Assembly: GCF_041146345.1 (NCBI RefSeq)
Contig: NW_027191411.1
Coordinates: 1,426,001-1,490,000, forward strand
Source of the DNA: Neodothiora populina
Lineage: Eukaryota
Reading direction: 5' to 3'
Length of the DNA stretch: 64,000 nt
Of the stretch, positions 47,523-58,200 are shown piece after piece (positions within the stretch are counted from its first letter, which is position 1; the number at the start of each line of letters is the position of its first letter). A program made the position numbers and the translations under genes. The notes beneath the pieces are model-generated. The model saw only the letters and a program-made list of their open reading frames with translations, had not been told where the DNA came from and searched no databases.

Positions 47523-47616
47523 TACCCACTGCGAGATTCGAACTCGCGACTTTCGCATATCCTGTTCCGTGGAGCAGATATAAGAACGACACGCTAAGCC
47601 ACTGCGTCAAGCGGGT
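47523..47616 (-). tRNA. tRNA-Ile (anticodon UAU) with a 20-nt intron
   Basis: Minus strand reads ACCCGCT-TG-ACGC-AGTGGCTTA-GCGT-G-TCGTT-CT-TAT-A-[tctgctccacggaacaggat]-A-TGCGA-AAGTC-GCGAG-TTCGAAT-CTCGC-AGTGGGT-A. Complete cloverleaf with A and B boxes; TATATATA about 40 bp upstream. Confidence 0.9.
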
Positions 47617-48040
47617 TCATTCACTTGCGTTCGGGGAATTCCGCTTGACAAGTAGATATATATACTTCCATCTAACAGAATCTTGGACCCACGCATGCTG
47701 TGGCTTGCCAGCCACTTATCCAAGGCGGAAGTAATTGGAGCTTTCATGTGGTTTGCAGATTATCAGATTGCATACTGCGACATCTTGAAGTGTACCAGGT
47801 TGGTTGTCAATCGAAACCAGAGACAATGATTTGTAAAAGGCTCAATTGATTACGTATCTTCTAAAATACATATGTTGAGCGCCTGTAACCTCCATCATTA
47901 CCCTCAAGGATAGCTCATACAAATGCAAAAGATGAAGGACCCGCCGGTTGATGTGAAGTATTACTAAGGCTGTTGCGTGTCGTGGCATCATTAATATAAA
48001 TTACATGTGTTTCTGAACTGAAGTTCATGTGTACCTTTCC

Positions 48041-51000
48041 TCACTTGGCGGCAAGACATCTGGAAATGCTATCGCGCAGGATAGACGCTTCTGGAGCAGC
48101 TTGAATCGCCCGTCGGAAGCCAAATATACCACCGGAACGCTGACAAGTGTCGTAAGCCTCGGATGCGACAGATGCAATAAGGCTCTCGAGCGCATTGCCC
48201 ACGATCTTCTTACTCTCTAGCTGGAGCTCAGACAAACCTGATCCGCAGATCGAGTTGCTTCGGGAGTTTGTGCGGCTGTGGGAGCGCTCGTGCACAGAAC
48301 TGGCGCGAGATGGTGCGCTCGATCGAGTGTCGTTGGCTGAAAGCATTTGATCGGTGATGTTGACAATAGTCTGCTCTGGTTTGCTAATGATCTCCTCGAC
48401 ATAACGCTCTTCTAGAACGTAGCCATACACAGCAGGTTGGCGTTTTCCCCGCCTCTGATCAACGAAACCAGTCGGTAGATCATTGAGACCAGCATCTGCC
48501 ACCTCGGTCTCGTCTACTTCTTGCCATCCAGTCATCTTGCCCTCCGCGTTGCGCTTGGGAACGCGCCTCGTTGTAGTCGAAGGGGGTGGTGTTTTCTTAG
48601 TACGGAACGGCTTAGTTCTTTCATCGATAAAAGCTGTGAGGTCATCCCCAATTTGCTCCGTTGGAGGAGTTTGCGCATTGCCTTGCCGGGAGAGGACGGA
48701 GATTGCCGGTGCAATTGGTTGCTTTTTCGGACTGCTCGAAGTGCTGACTTTCGCGGCGAAGTTCTCGTAACTGCTTGTAAGGGAGCGGTCTCCACTGTCG
48801 TGCGACTCGCTGGGATCTGAGGACACTACACGCTTGTCTTTCCAGTCGACCTTGCTGCCAGCATCGTCTCTTCTGTATGTCCTCTTGACTGTGTCCATCT
48901 CGTCTGACCTGGTCACTTTGATGGCATTGATAGCAGCGCCACTGGCTGGGTGAGGCAGATCTTGGTCGCGCGAAAGCAGACTGTAACGGAGGTTGCGATG
49001 CAAAGTTATCCGCCTCACCGTCTGCGTGTCAGCATCAATCACGACCGTTGAGCAAACATCAACCCAACATTCCAACGGAAAGGAACGGGGATCTGTAGAG
49101 GAAAAGTCCGGCCAAGGAGATCGCTCGCCCTGCATTGCCAACTTGATGTCTTCTTCGATCTTTGCATATGGCTTTAGAGCTTGTAAAGCGTAGTCAGGAT
49201 GTAATTGCTCCAGACATCCGGCAACGCTGTCATGATCAGCATCGTCGCTCACAGCACCGACATGAACATTGCTCTGCGAGACCTGCTTGTCAGACGCGAG
49301 TGGAAACAGGCTGGCGCCCGTCCTAGGAACTTCGAAGCTTGTCCTACGTGAAGGGCCATCCCCAAGCACATGTACGTCAACTATGCTATTCTCGGCATCG
49401 TAGGTGTATCCCAGAGTCTGAGGTAACGCAGCGGGGTCCCGTCTCATAGTTGCCGGTACGTGGGCAGTTGGGGTGGGAACGCCGGAGTCCTTACGATCCG
49501 CCGCATCGCTACAAGGCACACGTAGCTGTGAAGCTTCCTCCACCATTCTTACAAGCTTTTTGCCACTGCTGCGGCTGAAGGACGTCTTAGCTGTCTTGAG
49601 TATGCCTGTATGAGGGTCTCCACGTAGAGACAGACTGTTCCCAGCGCCACCATCACTGCTGCTGGCATTAGTAGCACCCGATCCTCGTCGAATACCCCAG
49701 TTCCACGAAGTGCTGCGTAGAGAGCTCCAGAAGCTGCCGGATTCGGCACTCGTTTCACTCAAGGCACTATTGTTACGCTGCAGGTGCCGTAGCAGATCTC
49801 CCTGTGCGCTTGCACTACTGCCAGGTCTCGCATCAGGAGAGGCAGCTGGCGTAGTGTACGATGAAGAAGGTGCGCTCGCAATAGGCATCGCAGGAGTACA
49901 TTTTCCGCCAACATCTATCCGACTTTTCATACGCTGGATGGAGGTACCGTTTTGCGGCGCCGCAAGAGAGCCATTGACACTCTTGACAGGTGAAGTGCTT
50001 GTTGGAGGGGCGAAGGGAATGTTGAACGACGGTGGGTCAAGAATCATCCTTGCGGCTCTCATGGATACCTGCTCAACCTCAACATCTCCCAATCGCTGGC
50101 CGACTGCTCGAAGGCCTTGAGTCAACGCGGAGACGTGTTGCCCACGGGACAGGTTCGGTGAACGAACAAATTGCGAGGAGGAAGGTGAAGGACGTGTGAA
50201 AAATCTGGACAGGACATAGACTATTTGCCGTGCTCTGTTGTCGTCTGCAGACATGATGACCACTCTATTCTGTGCTCCAGTGGAGCGCCTCGATTCGCGT
50301 TGCAGGCGCGCTTGTAAGTGAATCGGGGCGAACAATCCTATCCACGTCGATTGAGAGGTCAAGGCAGCCGTCATTGCTACCTGAATGAAATTGATCCTCG
50401 CATTATCAGATCCCTTGCCAGAGCGGGTGATATCACGGAGCTCATCGCGCCAAATATTCCATTCATCCCGAGGCAAGGCTGGAACAACGTGGAAAGCTCT
50501 GCTTATGCGCTCAGAGGTCGATACCGCAGCGCTGACAATTGGTTCACGGCCATTTAGAGCGGCAGGCTTCAGTCTGAGTAAGTTTGATGTCGTAGGGATT
50601 CCATATAGATGACGTTTCGGTAGCACGTCGACTTCTTCCTGGAGCAATTGGTGTATGTGCGCAATGGCCACAGCCTCAAAAGCGTCTAAAGCTCGCACAA
50701 TCGTACGCCAATGATTAAGAACAGGCTGCACGTCAGGTTGAGCCTGTAAGTCTACAGATCTCGGTTGGGCAAGTGGTAGCAATACTGCAACGGCGAACGT
50801 AGGCGTAGTGTAGCGAGAATTGGCTGATGGCTTTGTGCCAGACCGATCAGACTCGAGTTCGCGCGAAGCTGTAGGCTTTGCAGGCACAGACTCTTGATCT
50901 TGCATAGGCACAACGAATGTTCTCGAGACCAAAAGAGCGGTCTTGATATGTTCTGAAGATGTTGATGTGGCCTCAGGTCCGTGTACTCCTGGCGACGTTA

Positions 51001-51718
51001 TGTGAGCCTGACGTTGCAAGAAATGTAACTTTGTGTTTTCGCCTTTGTATCTCATCTGGCCCTTGCCAAAGACACAATCCAGACATGAGTCCATCTCTTC
51101 TTTACTTTCTTCAATCGGCAATTGCGATTCGATCCTGGCGTCGGCCAATGAAACATTGTGGGACGGACGGCGGAGGGCACCAGAGCGTTGGCCAAAGATA
51201 GATTCCTGGGAAGATGATACTTGGGACATAGTCGCATGGTGCCCCTTCTGGGTCCGAACAGGGGACAAGGTAGTGTCAGAGCCATTGGAGTGGGAAATCT
51301 CAGACTGCGCAGAGATGCCCCGGAAGCGATTAGCAGGAGTGGATGCGGTGCCCCGAGGCTTGTTGTTTTGGCTCGCAGGACTGGTAGATATGGATGCCCG
51401 CACTGAGTCTTGTGCAGAGCGCTGGAATTGGGCATCCGAGTCGAAAAGTAGTCTATTCAAAGATACTCCGGTGTCATCCTGAGCGATAATGACGCGGATC
51501 CGTTCGCCGGCAGCGAAAGGCGAGTCTCGGTCTTCGTCTTCGTCGAACATGGGAGGGATAGAGAGCGGCAATGTCGTATCTTCATTGCCATGCCGGCGGA
51601 TGCGTTCAAGCACATCTTTCCACGGATAAAGTAAAGCTACATTACGGAAGAGCAAGGGAGATCCGCTCATCTTTTCTTGCTCGCGTAAAGTGAAGCTTGA
51701 GCGAGACAAGGCGTTCAT
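48041..51718 (-). CDS. Folliculin-interacting protein (FNIP/Lst4-like), single exon, 1225 aa
   Basis: N-terminal longin-like FNIP_N motifs IRVIIAQD...LLFDS...CLDCVFGK...NTKLH...LLVSRTF; later RVVIMS...ARQIVYVLSRF and HPDYALQA. Family assignment is from motif memory. Start could be 51670. Confidence 0.7.
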   Translation of the reverse strand: MNALSRSSFTLREQEKMSGSPLLFRNVALLYPWKDVLERIRRHGNEDTTLPLSIPPMFDEDEDRDSPFAAGERIRVIIAQDDTGVSLNRLLFDSDAQFQRSAQDSVRASISTSPASQNNKPRGTASTPANRFRGISAQSEISHSNGSDTTLSPVRTQKGHHATMSQVSSSQESIFGQRSGALRRPSHNVSLADARIESQLPIEESKEEMDSCLDCVFGKGQMRYKGENTKLHFLQRQAHITSPGVHGPEATSTSSEHIKTALLVSRTFVVPMQDQESVPAKPTASRELESDRSGTKPSANSRYTTPTFAVAVLLPLAQPRSVDLQAQPDVQPVLNHWRTIVRALDAFEAVAIAHIHQLLQEEVDVLPKRHLYGIPTTSNLLRLKPAALNGREPIVSAAVSTSERISRAFHVVPALPRDEWNIWRDELRDITRSGKGSDNARINFIQVAMTAALTSQSTWIGLFAPIHLQARLQRESRRSTGAQNRVVIMSADDNRARQIVYVLSRFFTRPSPSSSQFVRSPNLSRGQHVSALTQGLRAVGQRLGDVEVEQVSMRAARMILDPPSFNIPFAPPTSTSPVKSVNGSLAAPQNGTSIQRMKSRIDVGGKCTPAMPIASAPSSSYTTPAASPDARPGSSASAQGDLLRHLQRNNSALSETSAESGSFWSSLRSTSWNWGIRRGSGATNASSSDGGAGNSLSLRGDPHTGILKTAKTSFSRSSGKKLVRMVEEASQLRVPCSDAADRKDSGVPTPTAHVPATMRRDPAALPQTLGYTYDAENSIVDVHVLGDGPSRRTSFEVPRTGASLFPLASDKQVSQSNVHVGAVSDDADHDSVAGCLEQLHPDYALQALKPYAKIEEDIKLAMQGERSPWPDFSSTDPRSFPLECWVDVCSTVVIDADTQTVRRITLHRNLRYSLLSRDQDLPHPASGAAINAIKVTRSDEMDTVKRTYRRDDAGSKVDWKDKRVVSSDPSESHDSGDRSLTSSYENFAAKVSTSSSPKKQPIAPAISVLSRQGNAQTPPTEQIGDDLTAFIDERTKPFRTKKTPPPSTTTRRVPKRNAEGKMTGWQEVDETEVADAGLNDLPTGFVDQRRGKRQPAVYGYVLEERYVEEIISKPEQTIVNITDQMLSANDTRSSAPSRASSVHERSHSRTNSRSNSICGSGLSELQLESKKIVGNALESLIASVASEAYDTCQRSGGIFGFRRAIQAAPEASILRDSISRCLAAK

Positions 51719-52256
51719 CTCGCTGATTTTGGAGGTTGGATTCGTTGTGAGAGCAAGGCCTTTGGACAGACCTCAATTGCAATCGAACGCCCTGCACAAC
51801 AGTAAAGGCAGGATGCTTGTGGTCATTGAGACGATGGCGCTGTGAAGCAGACGCATATTCGCGTCAATTGACGAGGAAGCAATGGCCGGGATTTGTAGTA
51901 GGGAGGTGAACAAGGCAGGATGTATGTTTTTGAGTTAAGGTATTGAGTTAGGGTACGGTTGTTTTGCTGGAATAGTAAAAGTAAAGAAAGCAGCCTCAAC
52001 AAGAACTCGGCAGTTGAGGAGCGAGATGCTGTTGATGATCATGTGCTCTTCACCTGGTTGCAAATCGGTGCTCGCGTGCTCACACGTTTGGGAAGAGAGC
52101 GAGAGGTGAAGTAAAGTAGGTAACGAAAATCAATGGATCAAACAGATCAGGAGATGGCGGCTCTGCCTGTCTTTCCAAGGAAACGGTTACAGTGCGGGTT
52201 AGCAATTCAAACAACTGCGAGTGGTTCGCAGACAAGGTGGGTCTTTCCCCTGGTCA

Positions 52257-52281
52257 CTAAAGGTTCCTAAAGGTTCCTAAA
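52257..52281. repeat. Short tandem repeat (CTAAAGGTTC)x2.5
   Basis: ctaaaggttc-ctaaaggttc-ctaaa. Confidence 0.8.
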
Positions 52282-55222
52282 AGTCCACAGGAGTGCTTTG
52301 ACAGGCGACGGTAATGCGCGGGTCAGCAAGACGATTGCCGCATTGGACGATAGCCTGTGGGGGATATTGATCCGAGACGTGCTAGACGGTGACTAGAAAT
52401 TTATTATTCCACCATCTGTTCAGGCTAAGGTATCTTTCTGTGAAGGCGTTTCAGCACCGGGGAAGCCTGCGATCGCACCAAAGCCCAGGCTTGCGGGAAT
52501 GGCGGTCAACAACGTAATAGGCCCACCGAGTATGGAGTCTACACCCCAGGCACACGGCGTGTGCAGTTTACACAACCGGTGAGAGTTTATATAGACCTGT
52601 CAGTCACGCAGACTCGACCGTCTTGTACTCGTATTGGATTTGCAATTCAGCCAACTGCAGTAGTTCGCATATCGGCTCTGATATCATGCTTTGCGCGACT
52701 CAGGTTTGTGGTTTAGGGCGAAAAGGTGATACGAAGGCTTATTTCTAGATCAGGACAGAATGCTGGGCCGCTGGGGAGGTCGTCAGTGCATGTACCTGCG
52801 ATACATGCACTGTAGATCACTTGGCATGAGTGTTTGCTTATCATTCCCCCGTCATTCTTGCTTATCTACAGCATCATACGCGCTGTGCTTGTACTGGCCA
52901 ATGGTCCTGGTGCTGCCGCTGCTGTACTGCACAGTACAATGCTGTACCTTCACGTGCGTTCATTATTGATCGCTCCTCCGCATACGGAGAACAGCACTTG
53001 CACTCATAACGATCTGCCATCAGATGCCGCCCCGACCTAGCCCTTAAGAGCCTCGCGTCCGTCATGGACACTTCGGGATCCATCATGGTCTCGGTACTCT
53101 ATCACGTCTACCGGGCTGGCGGTTTATTCTCTTATCTGTGTCAAGGAAGCCCCCTTTGGTCCTTCTGTATTTGTATTATAGTTACATGATTCCTCGTCAG
53201 TCACACCAGCAAGGACCAACACATGCATATATCCGGAGTCGATAAAACATGTTGCTTCCCTCGCCCGTATGACTAATTCTGGATGTTGTTCATTGATTGG
53301 GCGTGTTGATATGTTCTTCGCAAGTACTGCTCCTTTCGCGAATGACGCGATCACTGTCACGCAGCCATTCTATGCAGCCAATGCGAGTTTTCGATCGCAC
53401 GCGTCTCACATGAATGGTGTCTTCTTGCCATTCGTGTATCACCTGACATTGTGCTGACCTGTATGGCTGAGTCGAGTCGTGGTCCAGTTTTCACCATTCC
53501 CTTGTCCGCTGCTATATTCATGGAATGAAACGAGCGCGACCAATTGGAGATTATTCGCTATCTTCCCTCGATCATCTGCCACGTCATGCGCATCCCATTA
53601 TTTACTATAATCTATCTTTATACGCTACATGAACGGGAAGAACCCCTTCCAGTTCTACCGAGTGCCGTTCTCGCAGATTGTCAATTCCAGAAGAACGCAT
53701 CATCCATACTCCAAGATTGCCGTTCCATCCTTCTCGAATATGACGATCGCTGATTCTAGTTTCCCATGATGCTGAAATCCACGCTACACTACTACCGCAT
53801 TGCCGTCGGTTGCAACCCCAGCACAGACAGTAAGATGCACCCACATGAAACATACAAGACAAGTAGCTTGCCGAGAGAGCTGCTGCCCTTTGGACCTTCA
53901 AGCCTCCCTTGTCTATACAACTGCCGGTATCAAAGACTATCCGGAAATATGATTGGGACAGCCACCTACTGTAGGTCGACATCGCGCCACCCATGCTGAC
54001 ATGCAAATCAATCAAATCAAGCATCTCAACACCTCAATCTTATCATGGCTGCAGATTACGCGCGCACGGCATCGCACGCGCATGTAAGGTAGGTAAGGCA
54101 GTAAACACGCATGTGTAATTCCGACATCTTTTCGCCGCGTCGCCCAAGTGGCAGGCAAAAAGGGGGTCCCCTCTATACACACCCACAAAGCCAATACCCG
54201 TAAGTCACTAATTAGACAGACTGCAAGCCTTACCCGCCGCGATGCATATTCGTAGGTATCCGTCCGTCTGTCGGCACTTTTTATTGCGGCGCTTTCCTGC
54301 CGGATGCACCAAGCGAATTAAATTGAGCCCTTCTTTGTCTGCACTTCATTAAAGACACGTGCTTGGGTCCTGCTGCATGTTGTTAGTAGCAGAGGGGCTC
54401 GCGCGAGCCGAGGTCGGGTGGTTCGTTTCACTGGAGTATTCGTTTTATACAGTACTACTGCTGTGTCTTCTACTTCACCTTCTCTTTACAGATATGCGGG
54501 ATCAGTCAGATTGGTGCCGGGGTTTGTTAGTCGTTCGTGGCGTCCATAGTGCCGGCACGAGCATCTACTTTAGCTTTTGCTTATGGGTTGCGGCGAGTGT
54601 TAGCTTGATTGAATGAACTATCAAGTTGCCTATAGTGGTTACTAACTCCTCGTGTAATAGAGGCACAGTGTGTATCAACGTGAGCACTGTGCTTTGCAAA
54701 CACTACCTCATAGTAATCATCAAACACAAGCTCATCTCTACGTACCGCTCTCCTCACCGGGTGAGCAAACGCTACTTTCCGGCAACACGGCGTTGACCAA
54801 TGCTGCCGACGTCTACCGCACCTGGTCAAATACCACTGTACTGTCGACGTCCTCTCTGGTCAAGACGGATAGAAACATAGTGCAGGTACGCGCCGAACCT
54901 ATATAACGACGATCTCAACGACTTTTCATTACTACATGTGACTACGTGACTTGCTTCGTGAAACGACATACTGGACTCCATAATAATCGAGATCAAACAT
55001 CTTTCATCAAGGTAGGGGGAAGAAATAGATTTGAACACTTGAGATTGTATATCATCTGCTTCAAGTCGTCGATTGAGTAAACGTCGTGGTGTGGGAAGAT
55101 GATTTGAAAGGTGCTGTATACTACATTACAATTCTATATTTGACTCTCTCAACACTTCCGTGATTTATTCTTGATGGCTTTATCGGCTTGAAAGCTCATG
55201 ACTGTTTTGGCGTCTCTGTCCA

Positions 55223-58200
55223 TCATTCCGAGCTCTTTGGCATCCCCTGGGTGCTAGCTCTCCTACTCGTCGGCCCCGGACCTCTAGGGCTGTCGAGAAA
55301 AGATATGCTTCTCAGCGTGATGGCTGGCGGCAGACCCAGCGACGGAATGAGCTCATCTGACACCGGAGCGTTTCGTGGGCTAGGACTAGGTGTTCCCGTC
55401 TCCTTGCTGAACGCCTGGTCATAAAACTCCTGCAGTCTCTGAGGATTGTGACACAGCTTTTCCAGGAGGTCTTTGATGTGCTCAGGGTCTGTGTTGGATT
55501 CTGCCGAGCCGTCGAGCCGTGTTTTCTTCCCGTTCCTTGCGGGTGTGTCTGAGACGGGGCGGATGTGAGGGGAAGTAAATGGCGACAGTGGTACTTGGCC
55601 TCGTCGCTGTTCGGAACGCTCGCTCCGCTCCGCTTTGTCGTACTTACCTACGTCTCTTGCCGCTGAGGAGCGATCTACACATAAGCGATTGGCGCAGAGC
55701 ATGAAGTCTCCGTCATCGCTGATTTGTATGAGCAGTGCCCCCGACTTGTGAATGAATTGCGTGTATCTGTAGTCGGGCTTGCCCCATGAGAACGTGACTT
55801 CGACACCCTGGTCAAAACTACTGGCAGCTTCCAGGTCCAGCACAAAGTCATATTTTCGCAGGATGGCTCTTGAGTACGGGTGTGTCTCCTTTGACTCATC
55901 TTGCGTATGCTGCGAGGTTACGGAATCCGTGTCGTAAGTCGGCCGAGTCTTCGGAGGTGGAATACAAAGTTTGATGATGTACGGCCTTCGAAACGGATGC
56001 TGGCTGAGCAACTCATACCCTTCAGCGATAGGCACTTCCACCAACCTAAGACCATATCGCTCCACACAGCTAGCCCATGAACTGATAGCATCCTCAATCA
56101 GCTTTGGAGTGGCGTTCATCCAGTCCAGTCGGAGATGGTAACAGTTCTCTGGGTTGTGAATGCGATCATAATGCAGGTTAATGATCTCGGGGCGATAAGA
56201 GCGTTTGCGATGATCGACATCATATCTGAGCACCCTGCTGAGGACGAGTTTTGGTTTCTTGCCAAATGTCTTTGACGAGCTGTCCACGCTTAGCGTTTCC
56301 ATGCTCGATCCTGTTCCGGACCTCTCCGCGGGGTGAGAACGAGACGTATCCCACGGCCTCAATCTAGGCGAGTCTGACGGTCGTAATTTGGGTGACGCCC
56401 ATGGTCGCAAGCTTGGTGAATCCCTCGGTCTGAGCATTGGTGAGCCTTTGGGCCCTTCGAACATCGGTGTCGATGGTACAGAACGACCTGAGCCGAACCA
56501 ACTTTGTCGCATATCTGACGCTGGCAAGGTGCTGTATTCTCCAGCGATCTGATAGAAGTAGTTGCCATCGCGGAAGTGATGCTTCTGCATGACATGCGTG
56601 AATAAGCCCCTCTCCATCAAAGCGTCACCAAGCTTGACAGCTTCTTCTCTGGTCTGAATGTCTTTGAAGTTGGAGAGCAGCCAGCTTGTCAAATGGTCTC
56701 CTCGAAAACATCTGTGATGATTTCTGAAATGCCATCTGCGATCAGCCAGGGGAACTCCTCTTGGAGGATCAGCTTGCAGATGCTGAGCAAGCTTCTGCAT
56801 GTCGAAGTCACTGGTATGATATTGTTCGGGGTCGTTCAATGCTTGGTGTGCTGGCTCCCCTGCAAGGAGTGTGTCTGCCAAGCCAACGTGGTTCCGCACC
56901 ATCTGCGAGGGATCTCTTGTGTGATACTCGATTGCAAGCGGATTCGGGTCCTTCTTCTTCTGCTGGAGGGACTGCTGGAAACGCCGTTCTTCCGGCGGAA
57001 CGTATCGATTCTTCTGCCAAAGCTGCGTGAGCTTTTGTATACCCTCCAATCGAATCTCTTCATCGGAGTTCTCAGAAACGAAACCCAGTTGTCCACCGCG
57101 AATCGTCGGGTTTACGGGGATGAGTACGAATCGTGCCCGAGAGTAGCGAAGTACAGGCGAGAACTCCTCTTCGTACCCAGCAAGGTGTTGGTCGATCGCA
57201 TTCCAGTAGTATGTAGGTCGAGGGTTCTTGAATATGATCGGCTGCAAGACATACCCGTGCGCAAGATACGTTCGAATATATGGCTTGTATGGCACAGAAG
57301 GGTCGACGGCCCCCACAGACTCAACAGCTGCCACGGGTTTGCGTATATACCGTCTGATCTCTATTTCTCCGTCATCAGTACAGAGGAGTTGATGCAAATG
57401 GTTCCCGATAGTCATCAATACAGTGGCGCCATCTTCCGTCATATAGTTCTTGTTGAAGACTTCGACAAGTGAAGCAGCGTCCGAGCCGACAAACTCATCT
57501 GCTGCTGAGCCGACGACAATCTGAAAGCCATGTGACAATCGACACGAAACGAGTTCTCTCATCAGAGCCTCTCGCGTGTGGGGAGCTTCTGACATCTCGT
57601 CGTCGTCAATGGGCATGATCTTATAGGTGTATTCGTGATAGTCGTTCTTGAGCTGTTCCGCACTGGGAAAGTACTCGTTCGTCAAGGGCAATGCAGCAGG
57701 ACAGCATAAAGACTTCCATTTTATTGCTGATGTGGGGATTGCTCTCGGAAAGACATGCTGCCAGCGTCTGAACTGGCTAGCGATGTTCATGTTGTGTTTC
57801 TTTGGGTTGGATGGATTTAACATGGTAAGCCATGGTGACATAGCACTTAATGGAGACAATGTTCGGTGAAGATCAAAATTGTTACCGGTCGGGCCTGACC
57901 CAGAAGCAGCCCGTGGGCCACTCTGACGACCGATCATCGACGCATCTCTAAGCACTATGTCGTCAACCTTAGGCATTGAAGCATCACGAACTGTGATCAT
58001 CTGTGACTCGTCATCTTTATCTCCGGTCTGGTCCTTGATAGTTATAGGTATGCTTCTGTAAGCTTGAGATGACGTCGTTATGCTGTCGCTTTCGCTGCCT
58101 TGGTCACTTCTCACTGTCTGTGCTAGACTAGCTTGAGATGGTTTGCGTGTGAGTGTGTTCAGGAGCTGCTGCGTCAAGCTGGAGAATCTGCTGGACGCCG

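Noticed and set aside
51945..52720. Isolated TTAGGG hexamers as telomerase template or interstitial telomere
   Set aside because: Single copies; no 1.5-repeat template or tandem array.
52278..52742. RNase MRP/P-like fragments (AAAAGTCC ... GGCTTA)
   Set aside because: Only about 5 bp of a potential P4 helix and no other conserved regions recognised; needs an Infernal search.
56693..57472. 259-aa antisense ORF within IML1 (and similar antisense ORFs in the PPR, FMO and FNIP genes)
   Set aside because: Expected shadow ORFs opposite long coding regions; no motifs.
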